Below, piece after piece: positions 32,697 to 42,963 of a stretch of 64,000 bases of DNA. The stretch is taken from NCBI GenBank assembly GCA_963843795.1, contig CAWJLW010000006.1, positions 1,798,001 through 1,862,000 on the forward strand, written 5' to 3'. Position 1 is the stretch's first letter. The number at the start of each line of letters is the position of its first letter. Below the pieces are notes generated by a model, which saw nothing but the letters and a program-made list of their open reading frames with translations, had not been told where the DNA came from and ran no database searches. The translations under genes were made by a program, and so were the position numbers. This DNA is from an uncultured bacterium (lineage in GTDB: Bacteria > Armatimonadota > Abditibacteriia > Abditibacteriales > Abditibacteriaceae).

Positions 32697-34148
32697 ATGA
32701 GCACAGAATTGCAAAACGTATCCATTGAGCGCGGCGAGGGCGGTCTGCTGACGCTGAATATCGAAGTTTCTCCCGACAGCGTGCGGCAAAAGCGCGACCA
32801 CGTCATTCGCGAATATTCGCGCAACATTCGCGTTGCCGGTTTCCGACCCGGAAAAATTCCCGCTAATATTGTCCTGCGCACAGTCGGTGAAGAAGCCATC
32901 GCCCAGCGCGTTTCCGACGAACTCGTCCCCGAGGCTTATCAACAGGTCGTCGAGCAGGAAAATTTGCAGCCTCTTAATCAGGCGCAAGTCGAAAATCTCA
33001 CCTTTGACGCTTTCAAGGGCGATCAGCCGCTGCAATTTACCGCGAAAGTCGTGGTGCGCCCCGAAATCACGTTACCCGAACTCAAAGAATTGCCTGCTCA
33101 ACGTCCGATTATCAATATCACTGATGCGGATGTTGAACTCGGTTTACAAGGTTTGCAAAACGAAAACGCGACGTTGCGCACTATTGAAGGACGCGGCGCG
33201 CAAGATGGCGATGTGTTGTCAGCAGAACTCAGCGTGTTCATGGACGGCGAAGCGCGCAGCGAAGAACCTGCGCAACTGCGCCAGTTCGTACTGGGCGAAA
33301 GCGGTTTCATTCCCTCGATTGACGAGCATTTGCAAGGCGCCGCTTTGGATGAAGAACGTCGCTTTGAAGTGACTTATCCCGATGATTTCAAGGACGAAGA
33401 ACTGGCTGGTAAAACCGCCGAATTTCTGGTCAAAATCACCGCTTTGAAAGAACGCGTGTTACCGGAAATCGACGATGAGTTCGCCAAAAAATTAGGCCTG
33501 GAAGATTTGGCCGATTTGAAAACGCGCATGAGAACCGCGATTGAACAGGGCCGCGAGCGCGAAGCCGCCGATGGTATTCGTTCGCAGGTGGCTTTGGCCG
33601 CGATGCAGAGCGTCGAATTTGAAACGCCCAACGGTTTGGTCGATGCGCGCGTTCAACGTCGCATGCAGAACATGGAAGCCGAACTGGCGCAGCGCGAAGC
33701 AACCATCGAAGATTATTTGGCTTCGATTAGTCAGAGCCGCGATGAATTCGATCAGGAATTGCGCGCCGATGTGGAAAGCGAAGTGCGTCAGGAACTGGTG
33801 CTGGACGAGCTGGCACAGCGCGAAGGTTTCGTGGTGCTGGACGAAGAAATTGAGCAGCATTATCGCATGATGGCCCAGGCGATGCAGCGCCCGATTGAAG
33901 AAGTTGTGCAGTATGTCGATGTTAACACGGTGCGCAGTTCGATTTTGCAACGCAAAGCCGTGGATTGGTTGGTCGATTATGCCAAAATTGAAGAAGTTCC
34001 CGCCGAACAGATGAGCGATGAGGACGCGGCTGACGAAGCCAATGTTGCAGCCGAAGAAGTCGCCGTGAACGCGGTGCCCGACAGCGCGAGTGACGAAACC
34101 GCCACAGAAACCGAAGTTACAAACGAAGCACCCAAAAGCGAAGCGTAA
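32697..34148 (+). CDS. tig: Trigger factor
   Basis: AGFRPGK ribosome-binding signature, FKBP-like FEVTYPDDF..ELAGK, upstream of clpP. Confidence 0.93.
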   Translation: MSTELQNVSIERGEGGLLTLNIEVSPDSVRQKRDHVIREYSRNIRVAGFRPGKIPANIVLRTVGEEAIAQRVSDELVPEAYQQVVEQENLQPLNQAQVENLTFDAFKGDQPLQFTAKVVVRPEITLPELKELPAQRPIINITDADVELGLQGLQNENATLRTIEGRGAQDGDVLSAELSVFMDGEARSEEPAQLRQFVLGESGFIPSIDEHLQGAALDEERRFEVTYPDDFKDEELAGKTAEFLVKITALKERVLPEIDDEFAKKLGLEDLADLKTRMRTAIEQGREREAADGIRSQVALAAMQSVEFETPNGLVDARVQRRMQNMEAELAQREATIEDYLASISQSRDEFDQELRADVESEVRQELVLDELAQREGFVVLDEEIEQHYRMMAQAMQRPIEEVVQYVDVNTVRSSILQRKAVDWLVDYAKIEEVPAEQMSDEDAADEANVAAEEVAVNAVPDSASDETATETEVTNEAPKSEA

Positions 34149-34210
34149 ACGCGAGAAAATGTGCGGCAGCTACTTGTGGGGCACTGCAAGTACTTGCAAG
34201 CGTCAAAATG

Positions 34211-34240
34211 AGCCGGTTTGCTTTTTGCAAACCGGCTTTT
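34211..34240 (+). terminator. Intrinsic terminator-like hairpin between tig and clpP
   Basis: AGCCGGTTTGC-loop-GCAAACCGGCT followed by Ts. Confidence 0.55.
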
Positions 34241-34274
34241 CGTTTAAAATAAGGTTGAATTTCACAGGAGAAAA

Positions 34275-34862
34275 ATGTTAGTTCCCTACATTGTCGAAGA
34301 CACACCGCGCGGCGAGCGCGGTTACGATATTTACTCGCGCCTTTTGCGCGACCGCATCATTCTCATCAACGAGCCGGTAACCGAGCATCTGGCTTCGGTT
34401 GTTATCGCACAGCTGTTGTTTTTGGAAAAAGAAGATCCCGACCGCGACATTGAAATGTATATCAACAGTCCCGGCGGCAGCGTTTATGCGGGCAACGCGA
34501 TTTACGATTCGATGCAGATCATCAAACCCGATATCGCCACAATTTGCACGGGTTTCGCTGCTTCCTATGGTGCGGTTCTGTTGTGCGCTGGCGCGCATGG
34601 CAAGCGTTATTGCACACCGCACGCGCGCGTGATGATTCACCAACCTTCGGGCGGCTTTGAAGGTCAAGCGACCGATGCTGAAATTAATCTGCGCGAAATG
34701 CTGACTTTGAAAAATACGCTCAATGGCATTCTCGCCAAGCACACCGGCCAACCGCTGGAACGCGTGGCGGCAGACGCGGAGCGCGATTACTGGATGGGCG
34801 CCGAAGAAGCCAAAAGTTACGGCATGATCGACCAGATTTTGACGCGCGAATTACGCGGTTGA
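34275..34862 (+). CDS. clpP: ATP-dependent Clp protease proteolytic subunit
   Basis: [23 protein letters not shown](Y)G, MIHQP, ERDYW; AGGAG RBS. Confidence 0.96.
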   Translation: MLVPYIVEDTPRGERGYDIYSRLLRDRIILINEPVTEHLASVVIAQLLFLEKEDPDRDIEMYINSPGGSVYAGNAIYDSMQIIKPDIATICTGFAASYGAVLLCAGAHGKRYCTPHARVMIHQPSGGFEGQATDAEINLREMLTLKNTLNGILAKHTGQPLERVAADAERDYWMGAEEAKSYGMIDQILTRELRG

Positions 34863-34878
34863 AATCATCACGACAATT

Positions 34879-34922
34879 AAAAGCGCGCTGCAAGTACTCG
34901 CGAGTACTTGCAGCGCGCTTTT
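34879..34922. repeat. 44-bp perfect palindrome with a duplicated repeat core; likely clpP terminator
   Basis: AAAAGCGCGCTGCAAGTACTCG|CGAGTACTTGCAGCGCGCTTTT. Confidence 0.9.
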
Positions 34923-34954
34923 TTGTTATTCTTGCATCCGATTTCATCAATTTT

Positions 34955-36808
34955 ATGAACCCATCACACAATAAATTCGCCGCTTTGCCAGTGGGCTGCG
35001 TCATTCCGCGCGAATGGCTCGGCGCGCAGTTGAGAACGCAGCGCGACGGTTTGACGACATGGCTGGCCAACAATTGGCCCGACATCGCCGATTCGCAGTG
35101 GCTCGGCGGCAAGGCCGAAGGTTGGGAGCGCGGCCCATATTGGCTCGATGGCGCGCTGCCCCTCGCCTTTCTATTGGACGATGAAGATTTGAAAAAGCGC
35201 GTCGGATATTGGATTGAGGCGATTTTAAGTCGTCAACACGAAGACGGTTGGTTGGGCGAAAAAACGACGCACGATCCGGGCGCGGGCGAACGCTTGCTCG
35301 ATCCGTGGCCACTCGCCGTGCTTTTTAAAGCCTTTATTTCGTGGCACGAAGCGACCAACGACGAACGCATAATTCCCGCGATGTCGCGCGCGATTCAAGC
35401 AATTGACAAATTATTGGATGAAACGCCATTGAACGATTGGGCGAAATTTCGCTGGCCCGAACTGGCCTTGGGCGCGCAATGGTTGCATCAGCAAACCGGC
35501 GAAAATTGGCTGCTGCTGGTGATTGAAAAATTTCAGCGGCAAGGCTACGATTGGCGCGCCCATTTCGAGGAATTTCCTTTCAAAGAGCGACAGGAAAAGT
35601 GGACGCTGGAAAATCATGTCGTCAACAACGCGATGGCTTTGAAAGAACCCGCTGTGCGCTTTCGTCAGGGCAGCGATTGGAGTGCAGAACTCGAACGCGC
35701 GCATCAATATATCGCGACTTTAGACACATATCACGGTCAGGCAACGGGCATTTTTTCTGGTGACGAAACTCTCGCCGGACTTTCGCCCGCACAAGGCAGC
35801 GAATTGTGTTCGGTCGTCGAATATTTGTTTTCTCTCGAAGAACTGATTGCGGCCTTTGGCGACGCGCCATTGAGCGACCGATTGGAAGCCATCGCTTTCA
35901 ATGCGTTGCCGGCGACCTTCACGCACGACATGATGGGCCATCAATACGATCAACAGGTGAATCAAGTTTTGTGTTCACACGCCCCACGCGACTGGGTTTC
36001 TAACGGACCAGATTCCAACCTGTTCGGCATCGAGCCACATTTCGGCTGCTGCACCGCCAATATGCATCAAGGCTGGCCCAAATTCGCCGCCCGCTTATGG
36101 ATGACCGATAATCAAAATGATTTAATCGCCGTCGCTCTCGCACCGTGCGAAGTGCGTTTCAACGAATGGCGCGTACGCGAGGAAACGCGTTATCCGTTCG
36201 GCGAGAGCGTTAAATTTCACATCGACAGCGCACCTGAAACTGAAAGCGCGCTGCAACTTCGTATTCCAGTTTGGGCCGATGGTGCCACGTTGCAAATTAA
36301 CAGTGAAAACTCTGTGCAAGTACTTGCGGGCGAGTTTCATCGCGTGTCGCGCGCCTGGCAAAGCGGCGACGTCGTGAAATTGCAACTGCCAATGAAGCTT
36401 CGCATGCAAAAACGACCGAATGGCGCGGTTTCGATCTGGCGCGGGCCGCTAATGTTCGGCTTGAAAATCGACGAAGAATTTCGGGCGCACATAGGCGAAG
36501 CGCCCGCAATCGATTGGGAAGTGTGGCCGCAATCCGCGTGGAATTATGCCTTGGACGGCGATGCTCAAAACTGGACAATCGAAGAAAATGCCATCGGCGC
36601 GCATCCATTCGATCCGCGAATTGCGCCAATTACGATTCGCGCGACGGGACGCAAAGTCGATTGGCCAATGAAGAACAACTCGGCTGCGCCACCGCCCAAA
36701 AGTCCGGTCGAAACCGCTGCAAAAATTGAAGAAATCATTTTGATTCCCTACGGTTCAACGCATTTACGCATCGGCGAATTTCCCGTCACTCAAAGTTTTA
36801 AAATTTAA
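34955..36808 (+). CDS. Beta-L-arabinofuranosidase-like glycoside hydrolase (GH127/GH146)
   Basis: WERGPYWLDG, HVVN, ELCSVVE, FNALP, GCCTANMHQGWPK, LRIPVWA. Confidence 0.85.
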   Translation: MNPSHNKFAALPVGCVIPREWLGAQLRTQRDGLTTWLANNWPDIADSQWLGGKAEGWERGPYWLDGALPLAFLLDDEDLKKRVGYWIEAILSRQHEDGWLGEKTTHDPGAGERLLDPWPLAVLFKAFISWHEATNDERIIPAMSRAIQAIDKLLDETPLNDWAKFRWPELALGAQWLHQQTGENWLLLVIEKFQRQGYDWRAHFEEFPFKERQEKWTLENHVVNNAMALKEPAVRFRQGSDWSAELERAHQYIATLDTYHGQATGIFSGDETLAGLSPAQGSELCSVVEYLFSLEELIAAFGDAPLSDRLEAIAFNALPATFTHDMMGHQYDQQVNQVLCSHAPRDWVSNGPDSNLFGIEPHFGCCTANMHQGWPKFAARLWMTDNQNDLIAVALAPCEVRFNEWRVREETRYPFGESVKFHIDSAPETESALQLRIPVWADGATLQINSENSVQVLAGEFHRVSRAWQSGDVVKLQLPMKLRMQKRPNGAVSIWRGPLMFGLKIDEEFRAHIGEAPAIDWEVWPQSAWNYALDGDAQNWTIEENAIGAHPFDPRIAPITIRATGRKVDWPMKNNSAAPPPKSPVETAAKIEEIILIPYGSTHLRIGEFPVTQSFKI

Positions 36809-36848
36809 GTGGAAAGCGTGCAGCAAGTACTTGCTGCACGCTTTCCAC
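36809..36848. repeat. 40-bp perfect palindrome on the repeat core
   Basis: GTGGAAAGCGTGCAGCAAGT|ACTTGCTGCACGCTTTCCAC immediately after the stop codon. Confidence 0.9.
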
Positions 36849-36872
36849 ATGCGTCGGTGGCGGCGTATTCTT

Positions 36873-38255
36873 ATGAAATCAACACCCGATAACAACTACG
36901 ACGAGAGAAACTCGGAATTGGCAGCGCCTTTGACGATTGAAGCCGCGCTGACCGAACCGGCGCTAAGCGCGTCGCCAGCGGGCAAACCGTTTTACCATCA
37001 CATTTATTTCTGGGTGCTTCTGGGCGTGGTTTTGGGGGTGGCTTTCGGCTTGATGTTTCCATCGAGCAACGGCGAAGAAGGGCGCGCCGAACAAATGAAG
37101 CCACTGGCCGATGGCTTTATCAGTCTGATAAAGATGTTAATCGCGCCGATTATTTTCTTCACCGTGGTCGGCGGCATCGCCAGTGTGGGCGATTTGAAAA
37201 AAGTTGGGCGCGTCGGGTTAAAAGCCTTTGTGTACTTTGAAATTGTAACCACAATAGCGATGCTCATCGCTTTGGGCGCGGTGCATCTTTTTCAACCCGG
37301 CGTCGGTGTGAATTACACGCCAACAGCGAGCGAGGTTAAAAAACTGGCGACTTACAGCGAGACAGCGAGCGAGCAAAGCGCGGTCGATTTCGTGTTACAC
37401 ATCATTCCCAAAACTTTCACCAGCGCTTTTGCCGAAGGCGAAATTTTGCAAGTGCTGCTGGTTTCGATTCTGATGGGCATCGCTCTGGCCAAAATGGGCG
37501 AGCGCGCTAAACCGCTCACCCACGCTTTGCATCTGGCGGCGCAGGCGTTTTTCCTCATTGTCGGTATGGTGGTTTGGCTAGCTCCATTAGCCGCATTTGG
37601 CGCGATGGCTTCGACTGTAGGTAGCGCCGGAATTGGGGCTTTGGTGGCGCTGTTAAAAATGATGGCAGTTTTCTACGCGACTTGTTTCGTCTTCGTCTTT
37701 GGCGTTTTGGGACTTATCGCACGCGCATTCGGTTTTAGCCTGCTGAAATATTTGCGTTATATCAAAGACGAAATTTTGTTGGTTTTAGGCACATCATCCA
37801 GCGAATCGGCCTTGCCGCCGATAATGGAAAAGCTCGAACGCGCGGGCTGCGCGCGCAGCGTGGTCGGCATCGTGTTGCCCGCCGGTTATTCGTTCAATCT
37901 CGACGGCACTTCGATTTATCTGGCGATGGCGATTGTTTTCCTGGCACAGGCGACCAACACTTCGCTTTCGTTTGCACAAGAAATGGGATTGATGGCGTTG
38001 TTGCTTTTAACCAGCAAAGGCGCAGCTGCCGTCACGGGCGGTGGTTTCATCACCCTCGCCGCCACGCTTTCTAGCACGAATAACACGACGCTCGTCGCCG
38101 GCCTGGCGATTCTCATCGGCATCGACCGTTTCATGAGTGAAGCGCGCGCGATTACCAATCTCATCGGCAACGGACTGGCAACGTTCATCATCGCGCGCAG
38201 CGAAGGCGAACTCGATACCCAGATGGCCGCTCCTGTTCTGCGCCAAACTCCCTAA
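36873..38255 (+). CDS. dctA: C4-dicarboxylate transporter (DAACS family)
   Basis: KMLIAPIIF, LGTSSSESALP, GYSFNLDGTSIY, TSKGAAAVTG, GIDRFMSEARA. Confidence 0.92.
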   Translation: MKSTPDNNYDERNSELAAPLTIEAALTEPALSASPAGKPFYHHIYFWVLLGVVLGVAFGLMFPSSNGEEGRAEQMKPLADGFISLIKMLIAPIIFFTVVGGIASVGDLKKVGRVGLKAFVYFEIVTTIAMLIALGAVHLFQPGVGVNYTPTASEVKKLATYSETASEQSAVDFVLHIIPKTFTSAFAEGEILQVLLVSILMGIALAKMGERAKPLTHALHLAAQAFFLIVGMVVWLAPLAAFGAMASTVGSAGIGALVALLKMMAVFYATCFVFVFGVLGLIARAFGFSLLKYLRYIKDEILLVLGTSSSESALPPIMEKLERAGCARSVVGIVLPAGYSFNLDGTSIYLAMAIVFLAQATNTSLSFAQEMGLMALLLLTSKGAAAVTGGGFITLAATLSSTNNTTLVAGLAILIGIDRFMSEARAITNLIGNGLATFIIARSEGELDTQMAAPVLRQTP

Positions 38256-38290
38256 AAATCCCAGTCCGCAAGTACTTGCACCACAATTTT

Positions 38291-39628
38291 ATGCCCAAAA
38301 TTCTGCTTTTGCCCGGTCATGCTGTCACTTGCAACGCCGCTTTTGAAGTTCCGGTTTCGCCCGCGATTCATATTGTAGACGGCGCGATCACTTACATCGG
38401 CTCGCGCGAATTTCAACCGGAATTTTGTGCCGATGAAACCATTGCCAACGAGCATTTCATCGCCCTACCCGGCTTGATTAACACGCACACGCACACCGCG
38501 ATGACGCTTTTACGCGGTTACGCCGACGACATGGCGCTGGAACCGTGGCTACAACAAAAAATTTGGCCCTTTGAAGCCAATCTCACGCCTGAAGACGTGG
38601 TTCTGGGAACCGAGCTGGCCGTTCTGGAAATGCTCAGTGGCGGCACAACTTGCTGCGCTGATATGTATTTTTCCTACGAAAATGGTGCGCAAATTTTCAT
38701 CGATAGCGGAATGCGCGCCTGTCCCGGCGGCGTGTTGCTCGGCTTTCTGCCCAATTCTGATGAGCGCTTGAACAATTCCATCGCTTTCGCGCGCGATTGG
38801 CAAGGCGCGGGCGATAATCGCATCACGCCTTTTCTCGCCCCGCATTCTCTCTACACCTGCAACGCACCGCAATGGGAAAAGTTTGTCGGCGCGGCGCATA
38901 AATACAATTTGATGCTTCACACGCACGTCGCCGAAACGCCGCGCGAAATTGCCGAAGTGCGCGCGCAATGGGGCGAGAAATACGGTCAAACGCCGCTGCA
39001 AGTACTTGCCGCTTTAGGCGCATTGGACGGCCCGCTTTTGGGCGCGCACGGCGTGTATTTGGATGAACATGATTGGGAAATTGTTGATAGCAAGCGTGAC
39101 AACAATGGGCGCTCAAATTTTCGGTTAGCGCATAATCCGACTTCCAATTTAAAGCTCGCTTCGGGCTTTGCCGATGTGCGCAAGTACTTGCAACACAATA
39201 TTACGACCGGAATCGGCACCGATGGCGCGGCTTCAAATAACGACTTGGATATGTGGGAAGAAATGCGGCTGGCCGCTCTGCTCCACAAAGCGACGACCGG
39301 CGATGCGACGGTCGTTTCCGCGCAGCAAGCCTTGCAAATGGCGACACTCGAAGGCGCGAAATGTTTGAATTTAGACGCCAAAATCGGCAGCTTGGAAGTC
39401 GGCAAACGCGCCGATATTATCCTGATGGATTTCGATAAACCACACCTTACGCCGCTGCACAATGTCGTGTCGCATCTTGTTTATGCTGCTAAAGCGAGTG
39501 ACATTGATACGGTGATTATCGACGGCCACATTCGCGTGCGCAATGGCGAAGTGCTTTCTCTGGAAAGTGAACGTGTGTTGAGGTTAACCCAGAAGCGGGC
39601 GTTAGAATTGGCGAATTTGGCGGGCTGA
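38291..39628 (+). CDS. mtaD: Metal-dependent amidohydrolase, MTA/SAH deaminase-like
   Basis: PGLINTHTH, LLRGYADD, APHSLY, HTHVAET, HNPTSNLKLASG, GTDGAASNN. Confidence 0.8.
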   Translation: MPKILLLPGHAVTCNAAFEVPVSPAIHIVDGAITYIGSREFQPEFCADETIANEHFIALPGLINTHTHTAMTLLRGYADDMALEPWLQQKIWPFEANLTPEDVVLGTELAVLEMLSGGTTCCADMYFSYENGAQIFIDSGMRACPGGVLLGFLPNSDERLNNSIAFARDWQGAGDNRITPFLAPHSLYTCNAPQWEKFVGAAHKYNLMLHTHVAETPREIAEVRAQWGEKYGQTPLQVLAALGALDGPLLGAHGVYLDEHDWEIVDSKRDNNGRSNFRLAHNPTSNLKLASGFADVRKYLQHNITTGIGTDGAASNNDLDMWEEMRLAALLHKATTGDATVVSAQQALQMATLEGAKCLNLDAKIGSLEVGKRADIILMDFDKPHLTPLHNVVSHLVYAAKASDIDTVIIDGHIRVRNGEVLSLESERVLRLTQKRALELANLAG

Positions 39629-39699
39629 CGACTTTGCCGTGTGGTTTGGTCGATTGATAGGCAATAGAAACCGAAATACAAAGCATTTAAATGCCTACT

Positions 39700-39733
39700 A
39701 AAGTGGCGCTGCAAGTACTTGCAGCGCCACTTT
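39700..39733. terminator. 34-bp perfect palindrome on the repeat core; likely bidirectional terminator
   Basis: AAAGTGGCGCTGCAAGT|ACTTGCAGCGCCACTTT between convergent genes. Confidence 0.7.
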
Positions 39734-39739
39734 TCGTTT

Positions 39740-42700
39740 CTACACCAAATTCAACACCAATTTTTGCCCCGCTTTCATTTGCACTTTTTGGTTAAACGTA
39801 ATCATCAACCGACCATTGTCAACTTTGCTTGAAAGCGGCACATTTCGCTTGTCCAAATTCGCTTTCACTTTCTTGCCTTGAAATGAATCGGGGACTTCCA
39901 GCGATACGGTTTTCAAGAGCAAATTTTCGTATGACAGCGCGATTTCGGCTGTCATATTGTTGGGCTGAATCTTCTGGCTAAACGTGCCCCAGCCTTGCGC
40001 AGCGGTAAAAGCGCAGCGAAAATTTTCGGGCGTGATTTTGGGCGCGAAGCCCAAATGCCCGCGTGGGCCGTGATATTCGTAGCCGCAGGCAGCGATGTAG
40101 ACGCCGTGGCTGGCCATCGAGCGCGCGTAATGGTCACCGCATTCGACTTCGTTCCACGGGTTGCGACGACTGGCACCATAGCGGTCGTGAATGGCGCGCG
40201 TGACGGCCAAACCTTCTGTCACCAAACCTTCCCAAACCATGTGGCCTGCGGCCTGATATTCAAAGCCGTTCATGCACTCGTTGAAATATCCGGCAAAGAA
40301 GTTCGGTTTACCATCCGTCCCGATGCCACTGGCTTTTTCAAAACTCCAATCGGCGCGTGGAAACGTACACATTAATAATCCGGCTTCACCCGCCATCGCA
40401 TACCAGCGGCCTGGTTTATGGGTTTCGCGGTACCGTCCGGCATCAGGCGTGAAATTGTAGCGATACAATGCCGCCAAAGCCGCTTTGGTTTGATTGGCGG
40501 GCAAAACGCGGCCCAGATGGGTTTGCCATGCCCAACTTTGTCCCAACACTTGATCGATTTCACAGCCGCTACCGGAATTGTTGGCTTCGGGATGGTTGGG
40601 ATCGGGACGACTGATGAAATATTCGCCATTAAATAATTGCGCGCTGATTTCCTGCGTGCCACGCGCAGCGATTTGCTCGCAGCGCGCGGCAAATTTCAGG
40701 TCGTTCATATCGCGCGCCATTTCCGCACCGGCGCGCAAAGCGGCGACATACAGCGAGCTGAGCCACGAAATTTTGCCGAACCATGGCGCGTCCAGCGTGT
40801 TCATCTGCGCGCCCTGCATCACACCGTTTTCGTCTTCATCCAGCTTGAGCAAAGGCACAAAAGTTTTCTGAATGCGCGGCCAATTGCGTTGCAAAAAGGC
40901 GTTGTCACCGGTCATCTGGTGTTCTCGGTACAGGCGCAAAATGGTTCCGGCCTGTCCATCGACTGCCAAACCGCGATCAAATTCAGCACGAAAACCCATT
41001 ACACCGCTATATGGATTCATCGCGACGCCCAGATCAACGCGCTCGCGCGTATCGCGCTCAAGTTCAGGAAATAAACGCGCCAGACTTTGCGCGTAATGCC
41101 AGACGTGTGTGCAAGTACCGGGACAACAGCCGACGCCTTCCCACGCATAAAAACGCCCGTCCTCAAAGCGCATACAAGTCGCAGTCGCTGGAATCGAAGC
41201 GTTGAGGAAAGTGCGATCAAGAAACCAGTACGGGAGCGTCGAATCGTACCACACATCGCGCCATAAGCGCGTTTGGCGCGACAAACGTGGAAACTCGCGT
41301 GCCACATATTGCGCCACTTCACGCGCCGAAGCGAATTGAGTGGCGTAATAACGACCTGTTCGGCCCAAACCTTCGATTTGTAAATTCGGAAAATGCCACG
41401 CGATGACAAAACTAATTTGGTTGGATGCGTTCGGCGCCAAGCGAAACGTGCGACCCAAGGCACCGATGGAAGTTTCTGAAAGTGGCAGCGCGACTTCGTT
41501 TTTTGCCGCCCCACCAAAGCCATTGTTGTCCGATTGTGCCGACGCGTGCTGCGCTGGTGCACCCAGCAACGCCAAACCCATCGTGCCAAAATCGGGCAAT
41601 TCCTCCAGCTTGCCGCTGAGATTGGGCTTATCGCTGAAAGTGATGCGTCCAACGCCAATTTGTCCCCACGGGCCGGTCGCGTTATCAATGATTTCGATGT
41701 GCGCAGTTTGACCCTGATGGGCGCGCACATCGAAAGTTTGGCGGCGCATGGTGTTGGAATCGGAACCTGTGGCGCCGAGGACAATTTTGCCATCAATCAA
41801 TAAGTTGAAGGCAATTTGGCCCGGATGATTGCCACCACCAAGCCAGAAATTGAGAAAATTGCGCTCGATAGTAAAGGGGCGACCGGTCAATTTGCCCACA
41901 TTCGCATCGCGGCCTTCAACAGTCGTGCCCGGAGCCGAAGCGTGCGTGTTGACCATATTTTCATCTTCACCGCCGACATCGCCCTGGTAAGGCATGATCT
42001 CCGAACGCTTCACCGGTCGTGCGCCAAACGCCGTGCCCTCGACTGTCCAGCCTTCGTAAGAATTTTTATCCCAATTTTCAAAGAGGATATCGGGGCGCGT
42101 GCTGACACCCTCGCCTTGCAACGGTTCAACCGAGCAATCGAGCCAGGTGAAATTAGTTTCGCGCTTAATGGAATTGTGCCGCGTGGCCGCAATGCCACGA
42201 TTGTCTAAGCACACCGCGTTTTCCAGCCAACCGCTGAGCGTGGCTTCAACGGTTGCGGGCGAATTGTTTTTCAGTGTGAAATGGAGAATCGTCGCGGGCA
42301 AACTCGAATCGTCGGTATTTAAAGGAATGAACGGCGAAAACGCTTCCAACGTGACTTCCAATGGTGATGCGGAGTCACGATATTCGACGGTGCCAATCGG
42401 ATACTGGCCCAGAAAGCTGATATTGGAAAAACCATTTTTGTCCAGCGTGCGCGTTTGGGTTTGGCCATTTGAACTCATTTGCAGAGCGAAACCTTGCTGC
42501 ACGGGAAAATCGGGCAACGGCGGATTGGCATAATGTCCATCGCCGGTGCCTATGTGACGATTAAAAATGTCCCAGTGCCACAGCTTGCCATCGCCACCCA
42601 AATACAATTGACCAGCGCACATTCCGCCAACTGGCATCCCGATGAAACGCAACTCATCACCGCGATACCATTTGGGCGTTCCGCGCTCGAACAGCGAACG

Positions 42701-42907
42701 CAGCCATTGTGCGCTGAGCTTTTTATCGCTGGGCACGATGCTCTCGAAAGCCGATGAAACTTTGTCATCGTCGAATGGCCCAGCCATGACCGTGCGGCGC
42801 GACGATAAAAGCAGCAACGAACCGACACCGGCCAAGCGCAGAAAATCGCGCCGTTCAATTCCGCTACAACCGCACGCGCTTCCACTGCTACAATTTTCAC
42901 TTTGCAT
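39740..42907 (-). CDS. Tat-exported GH116 (non-lysosomal glucosylceramidase-like) glycoside hydrolase
   Basis: RRDFL Tat signal; GMPVGGMCAG, FSPFIP..SSLP, WEGVGCC.GTCTHVWHY, DGQAG, EVECGDHYARSM. Confidence 0.85.
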   Translation of the reverse strand: MQSENCSSGSACGCSGIERRDFLRLAGVGSLLLLSSRRTVMAGPFDDDKVSSAFESIVPSDKKLSAQWLRSLFERGTPKWYRGDELRFIGMPVGGMCAGQLYLGGDGKLWHWDIFNRHIGTGDGHYANPPLPDFPVQQGFALQMSSNGQTQTRTLDKNGFSNISFLGQYPIGTVEYRDSASPLEVTLEAFSPFIPLNTDDSSLPATILHFTLKNNSPATVEATLSGWLENAVCLDNRGIAATRHNSIKRETNFTWLDCSVEPLQGEGVSTRPDILFENWDKNSYEGWTVEGTAFGARPVKRSEIMPYQGDVGGEDENMVNTHASAPGTTVEGRDANVGKLTGRPFTIERNFLNFWLGGGNHPGQIAFNLLIDGKIVLGATGSDSNTMRRQTFDVRAHQGQTAHIEIIDNATGPWGQIGVGRITFSDKPNLSGKLEELPDFGTMGLALLGAPAQHASAQSDNNGFGGAAKNEVALPLSETSIGALGRTFRLAPNASNQISFVIAWHFPNLQIEGLGRTGRYYATQFASAREVAQYVAREFPRLSRQTRLWRDVWYDSTLPYWFLDRTFLNASIPATATCMRFEDGRFYAWEGVGCCPGTCTHVWHYAQSLARLFPELERDTRERVDLGVAMNPYSGVMGFRAEFDRGLAVDGQAGTILRLYREHQMTGDNAFLQRNWPRIQKTFVPLLKLDEDENGVMQGAQMNTLDAPWFGKISWLSSLYVAALRAGAEMARDMNDLKFAARCEQIAARGTQEISAQLFNGEYFISRPDPNHPEANNSGSGCEIDQVLGQSWAWQTHLGRVLPANQTKAALAALYRYNFTPDAGRYRETHKPGRWYAMAGEAGLLMCTFPRADWSFEKASGIGTDGKPNFFAGYFNECMNGFEYQAAGHMVWEGLVTEGLAVTRAIHDRYGASRRNPWNEVECGDHYARSMASHGVYIAACGYEYHGPRGHLGFAPKITPENFRCAFTAAQGWGTFSQKIQPNNMTAEIALSYENLLLKTVSLEVPDSFQGKKVKANLDKRNVPLSSKVDNGRLMITFNQKVQMKAGQKLVLNLV

Positions 42908-42963
42908 TTAATTTCTCCCAGATTGATCGCATCAAACACACGGCAAGTACTTGCAGGACAAAT

